Below, piece after piece: positions 1-56,810 of a DNA stretch of 64,000 nucleotides. The translations under genes and the position numbers were made by a program. Below the pieces are notes generated by a model that worked only from the letters and a program-made list of their open reading frames with translations, was not told where the DNA came from and searched no databases. Origin of the DNA: Eledone cirrhosa (taxonomy: Eukaryota); assembly GCA_964016885.1 (NCBI GenBank), contig OZ024747.1, positions 67,518,001-67,582,000 on the forward strand, written 5' to 3'. The number at the start of each line of letters is the position of its first letter. Positions within the stretch are counted from its first letter, which is position 1.

Positions 1-245
1 GATATTGGGTAGGATTAAATATTACATAGGAATAATAGATAGATATATGAGATTTTACATAAGTATATTAAATATATAATAGTGATATTAAATATTACTC
101 AAAGATATTGAGTATTATATAGGGATATTATATATTACTCAATGACATTAATTATTACACAAGGATAGTACATATTGCATAAGGACATATGATAATAAAT
201 ATTATATAGGAACATTAAATATTACACAGGGATATTAGATATTAT
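1..245. repeat. Degenerate ~20-bp minisatellite (GATATTAAATATTACACAGG-like)
   Basis: Successive units such as gatattaaatattactcaaa, gatattgagtattatatagg, gatattatatattactcaat, gacattaattattacacaag. Confidence 0.75.
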
Positions 246-334
246 TTCTTTTATATTTGTAGTCTAACTGGTTGTAGCATGTTAACAGTGTCGTAATAAA
301 TACTTTAGAAGTAAAAATAATATATATTACTTAC

Positions 335-38648
<38,314 letters not shown>

Positions 38649-38921
38649 CTAGTGGAAAAAAAATTAAAATTTTTTTAGGATAATAAAAAAAATATCATTA
38701 TCAAGAAAAAACAAAACAACATGATTAAACAATAAAAGACAACCAAAACATTTTGAAAGGAATTCAACAATAGGAATAAAAGCATGGCCAGGTATAGGTG
38801 CAGGCATGGTTCTATGGTTAAGGAATTTGCTTCACAACTGTGTAGTTTTGGTTTCAGTCATACTGTGTGGCTCCTTGGGGAAGTGTCTTCTATTATAGCT
38901 TTGGGTTAACCAATGACTTGT

Positions 38922-38989
38922 CAGGGATTTAGTAATATAACAACCTTTCTCATTATAATGAGAAAGGTTGTTATATTACTAAATCCCTG
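38922..38989. repeat. Perfect 68-bp spacerless palindrome
   Basis: CAGGGATTTAGTAATATAACAACCTTTCTCATTA|TAATGAGAAAGGTTGTTATATTACTAAATCCCTG. Confidence 0.95.
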
Positions 38990-41900
38990 GGGTTTGTAAT
39001 ATAACTTAACAAAGGTTCTTACAAAAAATTATGATGGAAGGTTTTTAGATACATATAACACTTTAAGGCACATGACTTAGTAGTTAGAGTGTTGGAATCC
39101 TGATCAAGTGGCATGTTTTTTTTTTTAGCAAAATAAATTATTTCATATTGCTCCTTGTATCAGGAATTGTGACTGGCAGATTGTATCAGCAATATAAAAA
39201 CCAACGGAAACATAGTTTCCTTGGTCCAATCTAATGATGGCTCCCTTCCTTAGAAAACAGCTTTGTATTATAAAACCAGAAGTGGTTTCAAGCAGTTTAA
39301 TATCAAAAGGGTTCATTCCTCATAGAAAATATAAAATAAAAGGGACTGAAATGTTAAAAAGAAGCAATAACGATAATGACAACAATGATCTTGATGATGA
39401 TGATGATGATAATGGTGATGATTGCGAGTACAAACATAGGCCCTAAGCTGCATGGGTGTGCAGCTGCATAGTCACTATATTGGTGCTGCACATATCAAAA
39501 CGTTGCCATTCAGTAGCTTTGAAATGTTGTACAATAGCTTTGAAATATCGTGCAGTAGTTTTAAATTTAAAATATATTTACTCAAATCATCAAACGGTCC
39601 ACTCAGGGGTTGGGAAAAATTAAAGGGAAAGTTGGCGAGGACATTAATCATGAGAGTGATGATGATGATGATGATGATGATATTAGTAATGATGATGATT
39701 ATGATGAATACATCCCCTCCAGAAAAAAAATTATTTAAAAATAACTGTTGCATTATGTGATTGTATTAAGTTTCTTCAATGTCAATGATTAAGAAATATT
39801 TTCTGGCAGTTTCCCATCACCTCTCCCTTTTCTCCACTACCTACATGTTTCCATGCTGTGAATTAATTTCACCATCAGTCAGCAATTGGTTTAACTCTTC
39901 CATGGCCATATTTATAACGAAAATTACTGCCCATGATTTTAAAATCCTTTTGAAAATAATCAAGTATCTGGAGGAATTTAGTAAAATAACTGTGTTTAGA
40001 ACATAGTTTAACAAAAATTCTTACATAAAAATATGGTGGAAAGTTTTTAGATAAATATAAAATGTTTGATACCAGCTTGGCCCAAACTGTGTCTCTATGT
40101 ATGTATTATTTTGTATATATTACTATGAATGTGCATAAGTATGTTTGTTTATGTGGTGGTGAGGCAGTTTAGCTCATGATTGTAAGGTTACATGTTTGAT
40201 TGCCAGTGCCACATTATGTCTTTGAGCAAGATGCTTTTTGAGTTTATCTTTGGTTATATTATTAATGGTGTCAAAGCAAACATTAGCGACAACACAACCC
40301 TGGGTTACTCACGCAAACAAAGTTTCGGTCAATGATTTTGATGTCAGAAATCTGACCTTTACAGTTGACCTTTACCTTTGACCTTTCTTCTTCTAGTTGT
40401 TGCCAAGGTGGTTGTTGTTGTAGATGCCTTCTGGCATGGCAGACCTAACCAAAATTTCAACCAACTCCTGGGCAATATATAAATATACACATACACACTT
40501 ACGTCTACATGCACATGTGCATGCATATGCCTACATGAACACGTAGAGATGCACTTGTGTGTGAGGGCACATTCCCGTCACATACATGCACAGGTACACA
40601 CACACACATGTGCACATCCAAATACATAAATTCACACAGCCACATATAGATGACAACTGTCTTGACCAAACTGATTGCCAGATTCAATGCTCAGAGTAAG
40701 TAACAAGATCACATTTATCTGCATACGAAAATTCACGTATTAAAGAAGTAAACACCTTTGTTGAAAACTAAATAAGACCCCAAAAAGAGGAAGCACAGAG
40801 AAGAACCAATAGTTAACCTGCTCTGGGTAAGGATTCCACTGAGCCTAGCATTTGTGTATGGCAAAACATTGAATGTTGTAGATACATTTGTGTATTTAGG
40901 CGGTGTAGTTTACATGACAAGCACCTTTGCTGATGAAATTTCTTTACAACTAAAGAAAGCAAGTGATTCTTTTGGTAAATTATAGAGGTGTCCCTGGTGT
41001 TAACATAGGATATCTATTGATACAAAGTTAAAGGTGTACCAAACATGTGTATTATATACATGTGACACTTCGGTCACATACTAGTGAAATATAAAAAATG
41101 CTTGAACATTTTCATCAGCAGCATTTTCTCTGAATACTCAGTATCCAGTGTGTATATGTACATATGTGTTTGAGTGTATATGTGTGTTTGTCTTTGGAAT
41201 GTTCAGCTACTTGCATGTTAATCATATGAATAGGCTGTTTGGTTGATCAAATCATTTGGCCCATTTGTCATAAATAGCAATAACAATATAGTTTTGGTGT
41301 AACTGGCCATACATTCTTCTATTGTTGAATTGTAGCAAGAACCCAGTAGTAATATACTGAAGCAGGTTAAATGAATACATTGATGGAATTCAGGCAAACA
41401 GCTTGAGAGGTTGGTGGTATGTTTCTTTTCACCAATGCTACATTATATTAGAGGGTGTGGATGTCAGCATCATGGAGTAATTAAGACAGGACAGACAGGA
41501 ATAATATAGCAGTGTCAATGAAATCAACTACTTTAAAATAAGGAACTGATCATCAGATTGAACCAAGGAAGCAATCTTTTCATTGGTCTTTCCATTGTTG
41601 ATATTATCTGCTGGTCAAACCTCTTGACAGAAGGAGGTAAGATTTGAAGTCAGAATGGATAGAGACAGATAAGATACTGTAAAGAATCTCATCCCACATT
41701 TTAACAATTCTGTAAGGCCAAGTTGACTTCAGTGAGACTTGAGCTCAGATCACAGAGAACCAAAACAAATGCAGAAGCATTTAATCCAATGCACTAGTGA
41801 TTCTGTCAATTCTCCACCTACATTAATTCAGATTTGGATAGTTTATAAGAGAAACAAAACTTATGTTAAATGTACTTCATGATGGAAATAATATTTTAAA

Positions 41901-43606
41901 AATGTCAATAAAATAACTTATGAATGTTGCAAAATCATTCAATCCCAAATGAAGAAAACTAGAAGAAAAATAACAAATACTCCAAAAATATAGTAAATAT
42001 TGATATGATGATATGGCGGCAGTTTATGTTTTTGTTGTTTCTACTAATGCTAATGAAGAATTCAACAGATTACTATAGAGATTGTATAAAAAATGGCAGG
42101 TTTAGGATTGGAAGTGGTGTGTAGTAGTGTGTAAACTAGCTGGTACTGGCCTAAACTTAAATATCAGAGCATGATATGTTAGATGTGTAATAAGGGGATC
42201 AGTTTAAACCTAGGAAATGCCTTAGCATGGCTGATGAAGAGTTTAAAGTCAGTTTAATGAATAAAATGACGAAGGTGGATGTGAGAAGATAAGCAACATT
42301 TAAAGTTTATGTATGCACAAGATTATTTGACAACACAAAGTGGAATGTTAGTAATACTGATGAAGTAAAGAAGGAGGTAGTCATAGTCATGGCTGCAATG
42401 TGGATGGAGGTAGAAATAAAGGGTGAGTGGTAAGGAAATGAGAGTAACGAAGAAGTTGTAATTAAACAGAAATGTGTGTGTTTGCAATTAAAAGAAAATC
42501 GTGGTAACACTATTTTTTTCTTTTAGTCATTTATTTAAATTTTGCAACATTATTCAGAATGAGAGAGATAAGAAAATATCTGGCCCCATCAACTCTGTTT
42601 TTATTTGTTTAAATAGAATTTTTGGAATGGCAGAGATTTGAGTTGTGCTTTAAATAGGATTTTAAGTATTTCAGAAACCTGAAAGATATGATAAATGTCA
42701 AAAACTATTATATGTTTTAGTACTGAGGGTAACAGGGGCTTTCTATATACCTTTTACTGTTTTATGACTAATAATGAATTGGTTGTTTCATGATGAAGAA
42801 AATGAAAAAAATTATTTGAAATACAAGCACTTAGGCGATAAAATTCAGTTGTGGGTTTCTGAAGGTAAACATTACTATTTTAATGATTATTAATTTCTTT
42901 TGATTCAGCACAAAGCCATTTGAACTACCTTTCCCTGGTATATTACTAGTACTTAGAGAAAATAAGGACAAAGTTGACTTTTGAGTGATTTGAATCATCA
43001 GAAGATCATGGGATGAAACTAAACAGTTTAAGAGATCCCTAGAAGAGTTCAATAAGTTCAGTTATCATGAGGAGCAAAGAATCTACTGTCTTGGACTAAA
43101 GCTCTTTATCTGAGGGTGAGGAAGAGAGTGAAATTAGTTGTTGTTTTGGATATAGGAAACAAAATGACAATCAATATCTTCAGATTCTAGATTTTACTCC
43201 CAATATTTTTTGACAGATAACTTCCCTAATACTTGACTGTTTTTATCAACTTATATATATATATATATATATAACAATTTCTTCTATTGGTACAAGACAT
43301 ATTTCTGAGGAGTACAACGATTTCTCTCATTAGCAGGCACAAGAAATTAAACAGAGCAGAAGTTTAGATCATTGAATTGACCCTAATATACACCTGGTAT
43401 TTTTTAATTGATATCAGAAGGATGAAAAGTGCAACCAGCTCATTTGGTGATTTAAACTCTACTGCTTTAATTGTTTCATGGTCATATTTCTCAAAGGTAG
43501 GAACTGCTTACATTTTTCAGTTAATTTTCATAATAATCAAGAATTTTGAGTGAAGAGATGCTCTACTGAAGAGGACTCATCTAACCTATGACAAATAGAT
43601 ATAAAA

Positions 43607-43797
43607 ATAATTGTTTCTACTTTAGGCACAAGGCCAGCAATTACCCAGTGCATCACTGGTACTTTATTTTATTGACCCCGTAAGGATGAAAGGCAAAGTC
43701 AACCTCGGCAGGATTTGAACTCAGATCGTAAAGGGACGTAACTATGCTGGAAAGCATGGCGTCTGACCCTCTACCGATACTGCCAATCCACCGCCCT
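43607..43797 (-). mobile_element. Full-length SINE family 1 copy with TSD GATATAAAAATAAT
   Basis: A/B boxes, core, tail, flanking direct repeat. Confidence 0.87.
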
Positions 43798-46700
43798 TAA
43801 TGGATATAAAAATAATGATGATAATTTGAGGTGTTTAGGAAAATAACTGTAAAATGTGTTACTTGTTCAATCCCAGACTGAAGTACCACATAGAAGCTTC
43901 TTTGTTGGCTCATTATTTATTGATATATAATTTAGTTGCTGAAACTTAACAAAATTTAATGTTTACCTAAGGAAACTTTACATTATCAGTTTTGTATTAA
44001 CAATTTTTTTAATCATTTTCTATCATATTCACGCCAAATCTGAAACTATTCCTGGTTCTAGGATACTAAACTGTTTATTTATAGTGTCTACATTTATCTA
44101 AAAATAACCTTCCATATATTTTTCTGTAAGAACCTTTGTTAAGTTACGTTCCAAACACCAGCTAAATAATGAAAAAGTTAGTTATTTTACTAAATCCTAC
44201 CAATTTCTTGATTATTTTCTGTGGAAATATGGTAATGAAAGGATTAAATATGAAAATTGTAGTATGTGTAGTTTTATATTTTGTGAATATCAAACCAGGA
44301 GCAATTTCAAATGGGTTAGAATTAAAAGTTGTAGTGCTAGTGTCTTGTTAAAATGCATTCAGCACACTCTATAAAGTGGTTGGTAGTAAGAAATGTATCC
44401 AGCTGTAGAAATCATGCCCCAAAGTGAATGTATGAGCAAGTGCTCTCTCTGACATGTCCAGTCTCAGACTACGACAACCTGCCCAACCTATGGACTCATA
44501 GAAAGTAGACATAAAACAATGATGATGATGAGGACACTGTAGTACAAGAGAGATTAACCAGTTTGTGAGTTTGTGTAAAGAGGCATAAAAAGAGAAGTGG
44601 GTTTTAAGAGATGAACAACAGTAAAGATAGCAGAATATGTATTAAAGATCATCTCAGCATTAACAGTGTCTTATGATGGCAACTGTTTTTTTAATATACT
44701 GATGATATCCTGGGTTGAATATAATACACTAGATAGTATTGGTATTGTAATAGGAGGAGCTCTTGAATTATAGCGGAAGGAATTATTGGATTACAGTGGG
44801 TGGAGTTTTTGGTGGGTGGAGGTATTGGATTCTACTGGGTGAGTTTGGTATTGTGATGGAAGAGGTCTTCGATTTTACTTGTTTGTTTATTATACATTAT
44901 ACATAAATATATATGCACAAGGCCAGCAATATCGGGATTTTGAGTTATGGTAAGTTGATTATATTGACTCAGGTTTTTGAATAATACTCTATTTTATTGA
45001 CTCTGGAAGGATGAAAGGCAAAGTTAACCCCAGAAATAATACTGCGAGACATTTTGTTTGGCTCTCTAAATAATCTGCAAATCCACTGTAATGTTAAAAA
45101 TAAGTACTAGAGAACACTAGTGTTTTTATTTTTAAACAGTTAAATATGTCTGGAGGGGAAGTGTAAGTGCTGTGATCTTTGCAATTCCACCCAGTCTGGT
45201 GAGGTTGATGCAGTTGATACTCAGTAGCTTTATAGGTCAATGTTTGCAACACAAATGAGGACAGGGATGAAATACCAGACAGTTCTATTTCTTAGAATGA
45301 GTGGCTGGGGATAAAATATAGTGTGTGTTCAGTGTGTAGAGGGAAGATATGAACAGCAACAAGTATTTAACCCTTTCATTACCATATTTCTTATGAAATA
45401 ATCACGAATTTAGAGAGTAATTTAGTAATATAACTAATGTTTACATTATTAAACTGGTATTTGAAATATAATTTAACAAAGATACTTACATAAAATTGAT
45501 GATGGAATATTGTTAGATAAACATAATTACATGAAAAACAAACAATTTTTTTTAATGTAGAACCAGGGGTGGTTTTTAGCAGTTTAGTTTTAAAAGAGTT
45601 AAGCAGACAGCCAAATTCTTACAGCGAAACTAGCCAGAATTATTCAATAATAGGCTACAACAACAACAACAAAAATTAATGACTTAATTGGAAGACAAAT
45701 TTCTGAGTAGAAGGGGATAACAAAAATATTTATGTTGTTGACTAGTTGACCCGGGGGTTCTCAACAGGAAGATGGAAACCAAGAGAGGAAGGAGCAAGCT
45801 GGGGGAAGCAAGTGGTGATGTGTAAAGAAAGTGGGAACCTAGGATCTGTGAGCCATTGAGGAGAATACCATAAGCACTTGATTAATATGCTGGTGCACTG
45901 TAATTGCTTAAAGACATTATATTAAAGATATATCAGTCTACATCACCCCCACCACTACCACCACCACTGGTACCACCAGCATTACCTCTACTGTCACCCA
46001 CAGTATGTTATCCTCACGACTACTCCTGCCACCACCACCACCACCACCACCATCACTACCAGCATCCTGTTCCTTTTCATAACATAGTTTTCTAGCTTCA
46101 GTTTACTTTGATCCCTACTGAAATATCTGACAGACATAACCAAAATGTGGGACATGACACAACACTTTACTCCCCTAAATTATAAAACACAAACAAAATA
46201 TCTCTTGATATCTCATACCAGCTTTATCTGGTTCTGTTGTACCCTTTCAGTAAAGTAATACTCTGAATTCTTCCGTTACCATATTTCTAATGAAAGACAC
46301 TGACTATGATTTTCAAATCATAGCCAGTTTGTATAAAGAGGTATAAAAAGAGAAGTGGGTTTTAAGAGATCAGCAACAGTGAAGATAGAAGAATATGTAT
46401 TAAAGATCATCTCGACATTAACAGTGTCTCAAGATGGCAACTGCTTTTGTATATGATTTTCCAATCATAGACAAATTTAGTGGGATTCAGAAGATAACAT
46501 AACAAAGGTTTTGACATAAAAGTATGATGGAAGGTTTTTAGATAAATAAAAATACTTTAAAATAAAGTTTTGTATAATAGAACCAGGGGCAGTTTCAAAT
46601 AGCTTTAAGAGTGAGTCACTGATCAATATTGTAGGGGCTCGGTATCGACAAACTGGAGGGCTGCCCTAGCTACGCCACTGTTAGAGTGTCAGACAAAATG

Positions 46701-47059
46701 CTTTGGGGTATTTGCTCTGGCTCTCCACACTCTGAGTTCAGGTCAACATTGCTTTTAACCCTTTTTTAGACAATAAAGTACCTTTCATAGACATTTGATT
46801 GACATTTAATGCCCATGTTGTTAGGTATATATATATATATATATATAATCCAGCCAGAGCCTTATCTTCATACCAAAGATAACAGATCAATAAACAAAGA
46901 ATTGTACAAAATATGGAGACATAAAATAACTAAATGTATAGCTGAAAAATATAACCAAAATGTAACAAAATAAAAGAAACAACAGAACAAGAAGAATAAA
47001 CTAAACAATAAATAGAGTTTTGTATATGAAGTGTCAAATGTTATATATGTATGTATGTG

Positions 47060-48685
47060 TGTGAGCGTGTGCTACTTTGAGAGGATAAGAGGTATGGAGT
47101 GTTCCAGATTGTGAAACAGTGTGCTAGAGAAAACCAAGATGTAGTGCAGGAAAACTGTATCCAAAATGACAATGGAGCACTTACTATGTTTGGTGCAGAG
47201 AAGAAAGAGGCATGAAAGTGATACCACAAGAGACTAATGAATCAAGAGAATAAATCAGGCCTATCCCATGTAGACCCAACTGAGACCAGACATAAATATT
47301 GTTAGTGGGGTGATAGACAAAGCAGTTAAGGATACAAAGGTAGGGGAGGCAGCTGGACCAGCTAGTATAGTTGCTGAGATGCTAAAAACCTCTGGCATGA
47401 TAGCTTATGAACTAGTCAGATGCATAATTAATCAAGTAATACAAGATGGTGTCATATCCAATGAATGGTACAACAGTATCATTGTGAACTGCTAAAATAG
47501 TAAAGGTGGTGCACTAGAGAGAGGTAACTACAGAGGCATGAAGTTGATAGACCAGGTCATGAATGTTACTGAAAGGGTTATAGCATAACTTATTAGCGAC
47601 AGAGTTAAGATAGATGAGATGCAGTTCAGATTTATATCAAGTAAGGGTACTATTGATGCTCTCTTTTTGGCTACAGAAGAGGTACTTAGTTAAGAGTAAG
47701 CCGCTGTACCTGGATATATGTGGATCTGGAAAAGGCCTTTGATAAAGTACTCTGCTCTGTACACTGGTGGGGGCTTAGAAGGTTAGGTGTAAACGACTTC
47801 AAATATAGAAGTGCAACCAGTAGTTGAGAGTTGGCAGAGAGTACATTGAGGAAGTGCAGGTGGGGATCCATCAGTCTTCAGTCCACTTCCATTTATCATT
47901 GTCTTTCAAGACATTACAGAAAATTCTAAAACTGTCACGCCATGAGAAATCCTTTATGATGGTGATCTAGTTTTTACAGCTGAATCTGTAGGAATTAGAA
48001 GCAAAATTCTAGGCATGGAAGAAAAACCTAGAATTGAAAAGCCTAAAAGTTAACCTAGCAAAGACTAAAGTCTTCTTAATAACTAGGAAGGACAGGAAAC
48101 TGTTAATGTCAGGGAAGTGGCCTTGCTCAATGTGTCAAAAAGGGGTGCACAGAAACTCCATAAGGTGCATACAGTGTAGACTATGGATGCACAGGAGATG
48201 TAGTGGGATTGCAGACATGCTAACAGAGAAGATAGACTTTATATTCAACAGATGCACAGGAGAAGTAAGCACTAAGTGCATTTATGAAATTGTTTCCATC
48301 TACATGGGAAGCTTCTTAGAAGTTGTTGACAGCTTTAGCCACCTACAGGACCTAATCAGCCTAATCAGCAGTGTGGGAAGTTTCTTTGAAAGTGTGATAG
48401 GCAGAGTAAGAATGGACTGGAAGAAATTTAAGGAATTGGTATCTCTGCTGACAAAAATGGGATTATCTCTGAGAATGAAGGGTAGACTGTATTATGCCTG
48501 CATGTGAACTGCAATGCAGTGAGACATGGGCTTTGACAGCAGAAGACTGGCTAGAAAGAAATGAAGTGAGTATCCTCTGACAGATGTGAAATGTTAGTGG
48601 GCATGAATGACATAGTATAAGCAAACTTAGAGAAAAACTTGGCATAAAAGGAATTGGATGTAATGTGCAAGAGAGAAGATTGTAA
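47060..48685 (+). mobile_element. Old decayed RTE LINE
   Basis: ORFs 47310 and 48034 (KVNLAKTK...WPCSMC...) homologous to the intact RTE. Confidence 0.85.
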
Positions 48686-48708
48686 TATATATATATATAT
48701 ATATATAT

Positions 48709-48970
48709 CATCATCATCATCATCATCATCGTTTAACGTCCGTGTTCCATGCTTGCATGGGTTTGGACGGGAGTTTTCCCACTTGAGGCAAGAGTGGTTG
48801 TCTTGCTCGCATAGGACTGTCTGGCGGGTTTTCTACAGTTGGATGCCCTTCCTAACACCAACCACATTTACAGTGTGGGGCTGGGAGGTTTTTACCGTGT
48901 TGCCTACCACGGCCACATTACAGCGTGGACTGTCTGGCAGGTTTTCTACAGCTGGATGACCTTCCTAACA

Positions 48971-48972
<2 letters not shown>
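48709..48972 (-). mobile_element. RTE 3'-UTR fragment with internal duplication
   Basis: Similar to the reverse complement of 25380-25600; (CAT)n tail. Confidence 0.7.
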
Positions 48973-49017
<45 letters not shown>

Positions 49018-49020
49018 TAT

Positions 49021-53822
<4,802 letters not shown>

Positions 53823-54110
53823 CAAATAACGAAACGAAATTAAATTTCGTTTCGTTTGTAACTCACTTTTGTATGACTGACGCTTAAACAATTAAGTTAA
53901 AAATGTACATCCACATATGTATACTGAAATACTAGTATGCATATGAATACACACACGTATACATATGTAGATGTACCAAGTCTTTCACTGGTTACTTTAC
54001 TGTGAGTATCCAGCTATTCTGTATGTAAACACACAGACAAACCGGTTTTTAGAGTCATACTGGTTTTTGAGGAAACACCTTTCCTCTATTCTCCAGAAAG
54101 CCAGACAAGG

Positions 54111-54155
54111 AATATTGAACTAGTTTCGTTGTTGTTACAACTCATCAGCAATATT
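54111..54155 (-). ncRNA. Type-I hammerhead ribozyme (intact core)
   Basis: AATATTG-CTGATGA-GTTGT-AACA-ACAAC-GAAA-CTAG-TT-CAATATT; stem I extends into a further ~16-bp helix (54088-54183). Confidence 0.88.
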
Positions 54156-54581
54156 TACCTATCTACCGGCCTTTCTGGAGAATCGTAAAAGCACATATCG
54201 TTATATGCTTTTTCTATGAAAATTAGTAGTGGGCAGACTAATTTGCATAGAGTGTGAGTACGTACCGGTTCAACGGAGACGATAAAAACAAATAACGAAA
54301 CGAAATTAAATTTCGTTTCGTTTGTAACTCACTTTTGTATGACTGACGCTTAAACAATTAAGTTAAGTTTTTAACTTAATTGTTTAAGCGTCAGTCATAC
54401 AAAAGTGAGTTACAAACGAAACGAAATTTAATTTCGTTTCGTTATTTGTTTTTATCGTCTCCGTTGAACCGGTACGTACTCACACTCTATGCAAATTAGT
54501 CTGCCCACTACTAATTTTCATAGAAAAAGCATATAACGATATGTGCTTTTACGATTCTCCAGAAAGGCAGGTAGATAGGTA

Positions 54582-54626
54582 AATATTGCTGATGAGTTGT
54601 AACAACAATGAAACTAGTTCAATATT
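54582..54626 (+). ncRNA. Type-I hammerhead ribozyme (inverted copy, one G-U in stem II)
   Basis: AATATTG-CTGATGA-GTTGT-AACA-ACAAT-GAAA-CTAG-TT-CAATATT. Confidence 0.83.
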
Positions 54627-54848
54627 CCTTGTCTGGCTTTCTGGAGAATAGAGGAAAGGTGTTTCCTCAAAAACCAGTATGACTCTAAAAACCGGTTTGT
54701 CTGTGTGTTTACATACAGAATAGCTGGATACTCACAGTAAAGTGACCAGTGAAAGACTTGTTACATCTACATATGTATACGTGTGTGTATTCATATGCAT
54801 ACTAGTATTTCAGTATACATATGTGGATGTACATTTTTAACTTAATTG

Positions 54849-54901
<53 letters not shown>

Positions 54902-54960
54902 CATATATATACATATATATATATACATATATATATATACATATATACATATATATATAT

Positions 54961-55298
54961 GGAGGCACATGGCTTAGTGGTTAGAGCATTGGCCTTGCAA
55001 TCAAAAGGTTGTGAGTTCAATTCTCAGACCGGGTGATGTGTTGTTTCCTTGAGCAAGACACTTTATTTCACATTGCTCCAGTTTACTCAGCTGTAGAAAT
55101 GAGATGATAGGGACTGGGGTCCATATCATTCCACTGCAAAGTGGTCGTGGAGGTGCCACGGAAAAAAAGCACCCAGCACTCACTGTAAATGAGGTTGGTG
55201 TTAGGAAGGGCATCCAGCTGTAGAAATCAAGCCAGAATCAGTTCCCGTCCCACACTTGTAAGCAGAGAAAAAGCGGACATAAAATGAAATGATGATGA
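54961..55298 (+). mobile_element. tRNA-derived SINE family 2 with RTE-type tail
   Basis: A/B boxes; reverse complement of 9818-10162. Confidence 0.88.
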
Positions 55299-55533
55299 TA
55301 TATATATATATATATATATAATTTATTTAGTTTTGACCTGTTTAACTTGATTTGGTTTTTTGGCTTGGGTCGTTAATGCCTTTTTGACCACCTTTTCAGT
55401 TTTGTATGGCTTCTTAACAATTGTTTAGCTCTGGTTTTTAACTATTGAGTACTTTGCCAGTGTCATTTCTGATTTTTGTGTTTCGTTTCACCTTTCCTGC
55501 CCGCCGAAATGCGATTCTCGCTGAATCTTTATT

Positions 55534-55572
<39 letters not shown>

Positions 55573-56079
55573 ATATGTATGTATTTTTTCTCGCAAGTCA
55601 GTTCTTTCATTGCTACGGTCCTCGCGGCTGAATTACCGGTCACTATCTTCAATTTGCAGAACCCTTTAAACTGTATGTTATTACTCTAAGGTTTTATACC
55701 TTATCGAGTGCTTGGCTGAACTTCTGAATGCATTCATCGGCTTAGCTGTGGCTCGAGCTTCGAATATACTGTACTTCCATTTGTATATATATACATATGT
55801 ATATTACAATGCAATAACATTTGTTAAATATTCCATATTTACTTTAGGTGGTATATTTCAGGTTCAGTCTTCCCTTTTATTTAAGTCACGTAGACATAAA
55901 GTCATAACACTGATTACTTGTTAAGTCATTGAGTACACAGAGTGATTAAATATCTCACTAAAATTGTGTTCTGCCTACATTTATGTGCATCTATTTACTA
56001 GATCTATGTGTGTGTGTGTGTGAATGTATACATACAAATGTTTACACACATACATGCATGTATACATATATACAGTTCA

Positions 56080-56810
56080 CTGAGAAGGTTGTACATATTA
56101 GGTACTTGAGTTGAGGAACACAGACCATAGAGGGGATAAGAACCTGACATGGCATTCCAACATGTTCATAACATCTCGTCTTGAAGGATACCTATATCTA
56201 ATCCTGGAACAAGAAATCCCCACCAAATACCTACTGCACAAAAAAGGAAAATCATCAGTTGAAATGTGGGCTGGGCAAAACAAAAGCTGAATATGTTAAC
56301 CACATTTTTGCCAACTTTGAAAGAATATCTTTTTGTTACTAATTTCCACTGAGGTATGACATGGTAGCCAAAATAATCTGGATTGCACTATGAAAGATGA
56401 AAATAAAAATAGAGAGGAATATGTTTGCCCAAAGGAATATTAGTGGAACCTAAAAATAAAAACTACCACCAAATTAAAACACAACTGGCTTAAAATTGCT
56501 CTGAGGGACATCATATAAGAAAGATGCTCTATTGTAAAAGTCAGCTGCCTACACAATGTACTTGTAGTAAGAAAAATACAGGAGGATATCTATGAACCAT
56601 TGATGAGGCATTTGCAGATCCAGTACCCAAGATACATGCTCAGTTTCAAGCCTTTTATTAGTAGAGCTACAGGATATATACCAATCTGCATGGACCAAAG
56701 TATGAGTGAACTTGGATTTGTGGAGAAAGAATGCAGCTCCTTAATTCATAAGAAACAAATGGCCATGATATCTGGAACCTTCAAAGTGTGTAAAACATTC
56801 TTATGATTCA
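56080..56810 (+). mobile_element. Decayed 3' end of an RLE-type non-LTR retrotransposon
   Basis: Remnants HVHNISS, WNLKIKTTTKLKHN, and terminal ISGTFKVCKTFL*. Confidence 0.5.

Noticed and set aside
1-245. Regularly spaced repeat as a CRISPR-like array
   Set aside because: Contiguous degenerate 20-bp units with no unique spacers, in eukaryotic intronic DNA.
45904-46095. Pro/His-rich ORF (also Met/Asp-rich ORFs at 39234-39760 and 59641)
   Set aside because: Trinucleotide repeats (CAC/GAT)n; no splice or homology support.
55591-55660. TTGAAGA...GAAAGAAC hammerhead-like motif on the minus strand
   Set aside because: C3 is missing and stems II and III are not convincing; chance match cannot be excluded.
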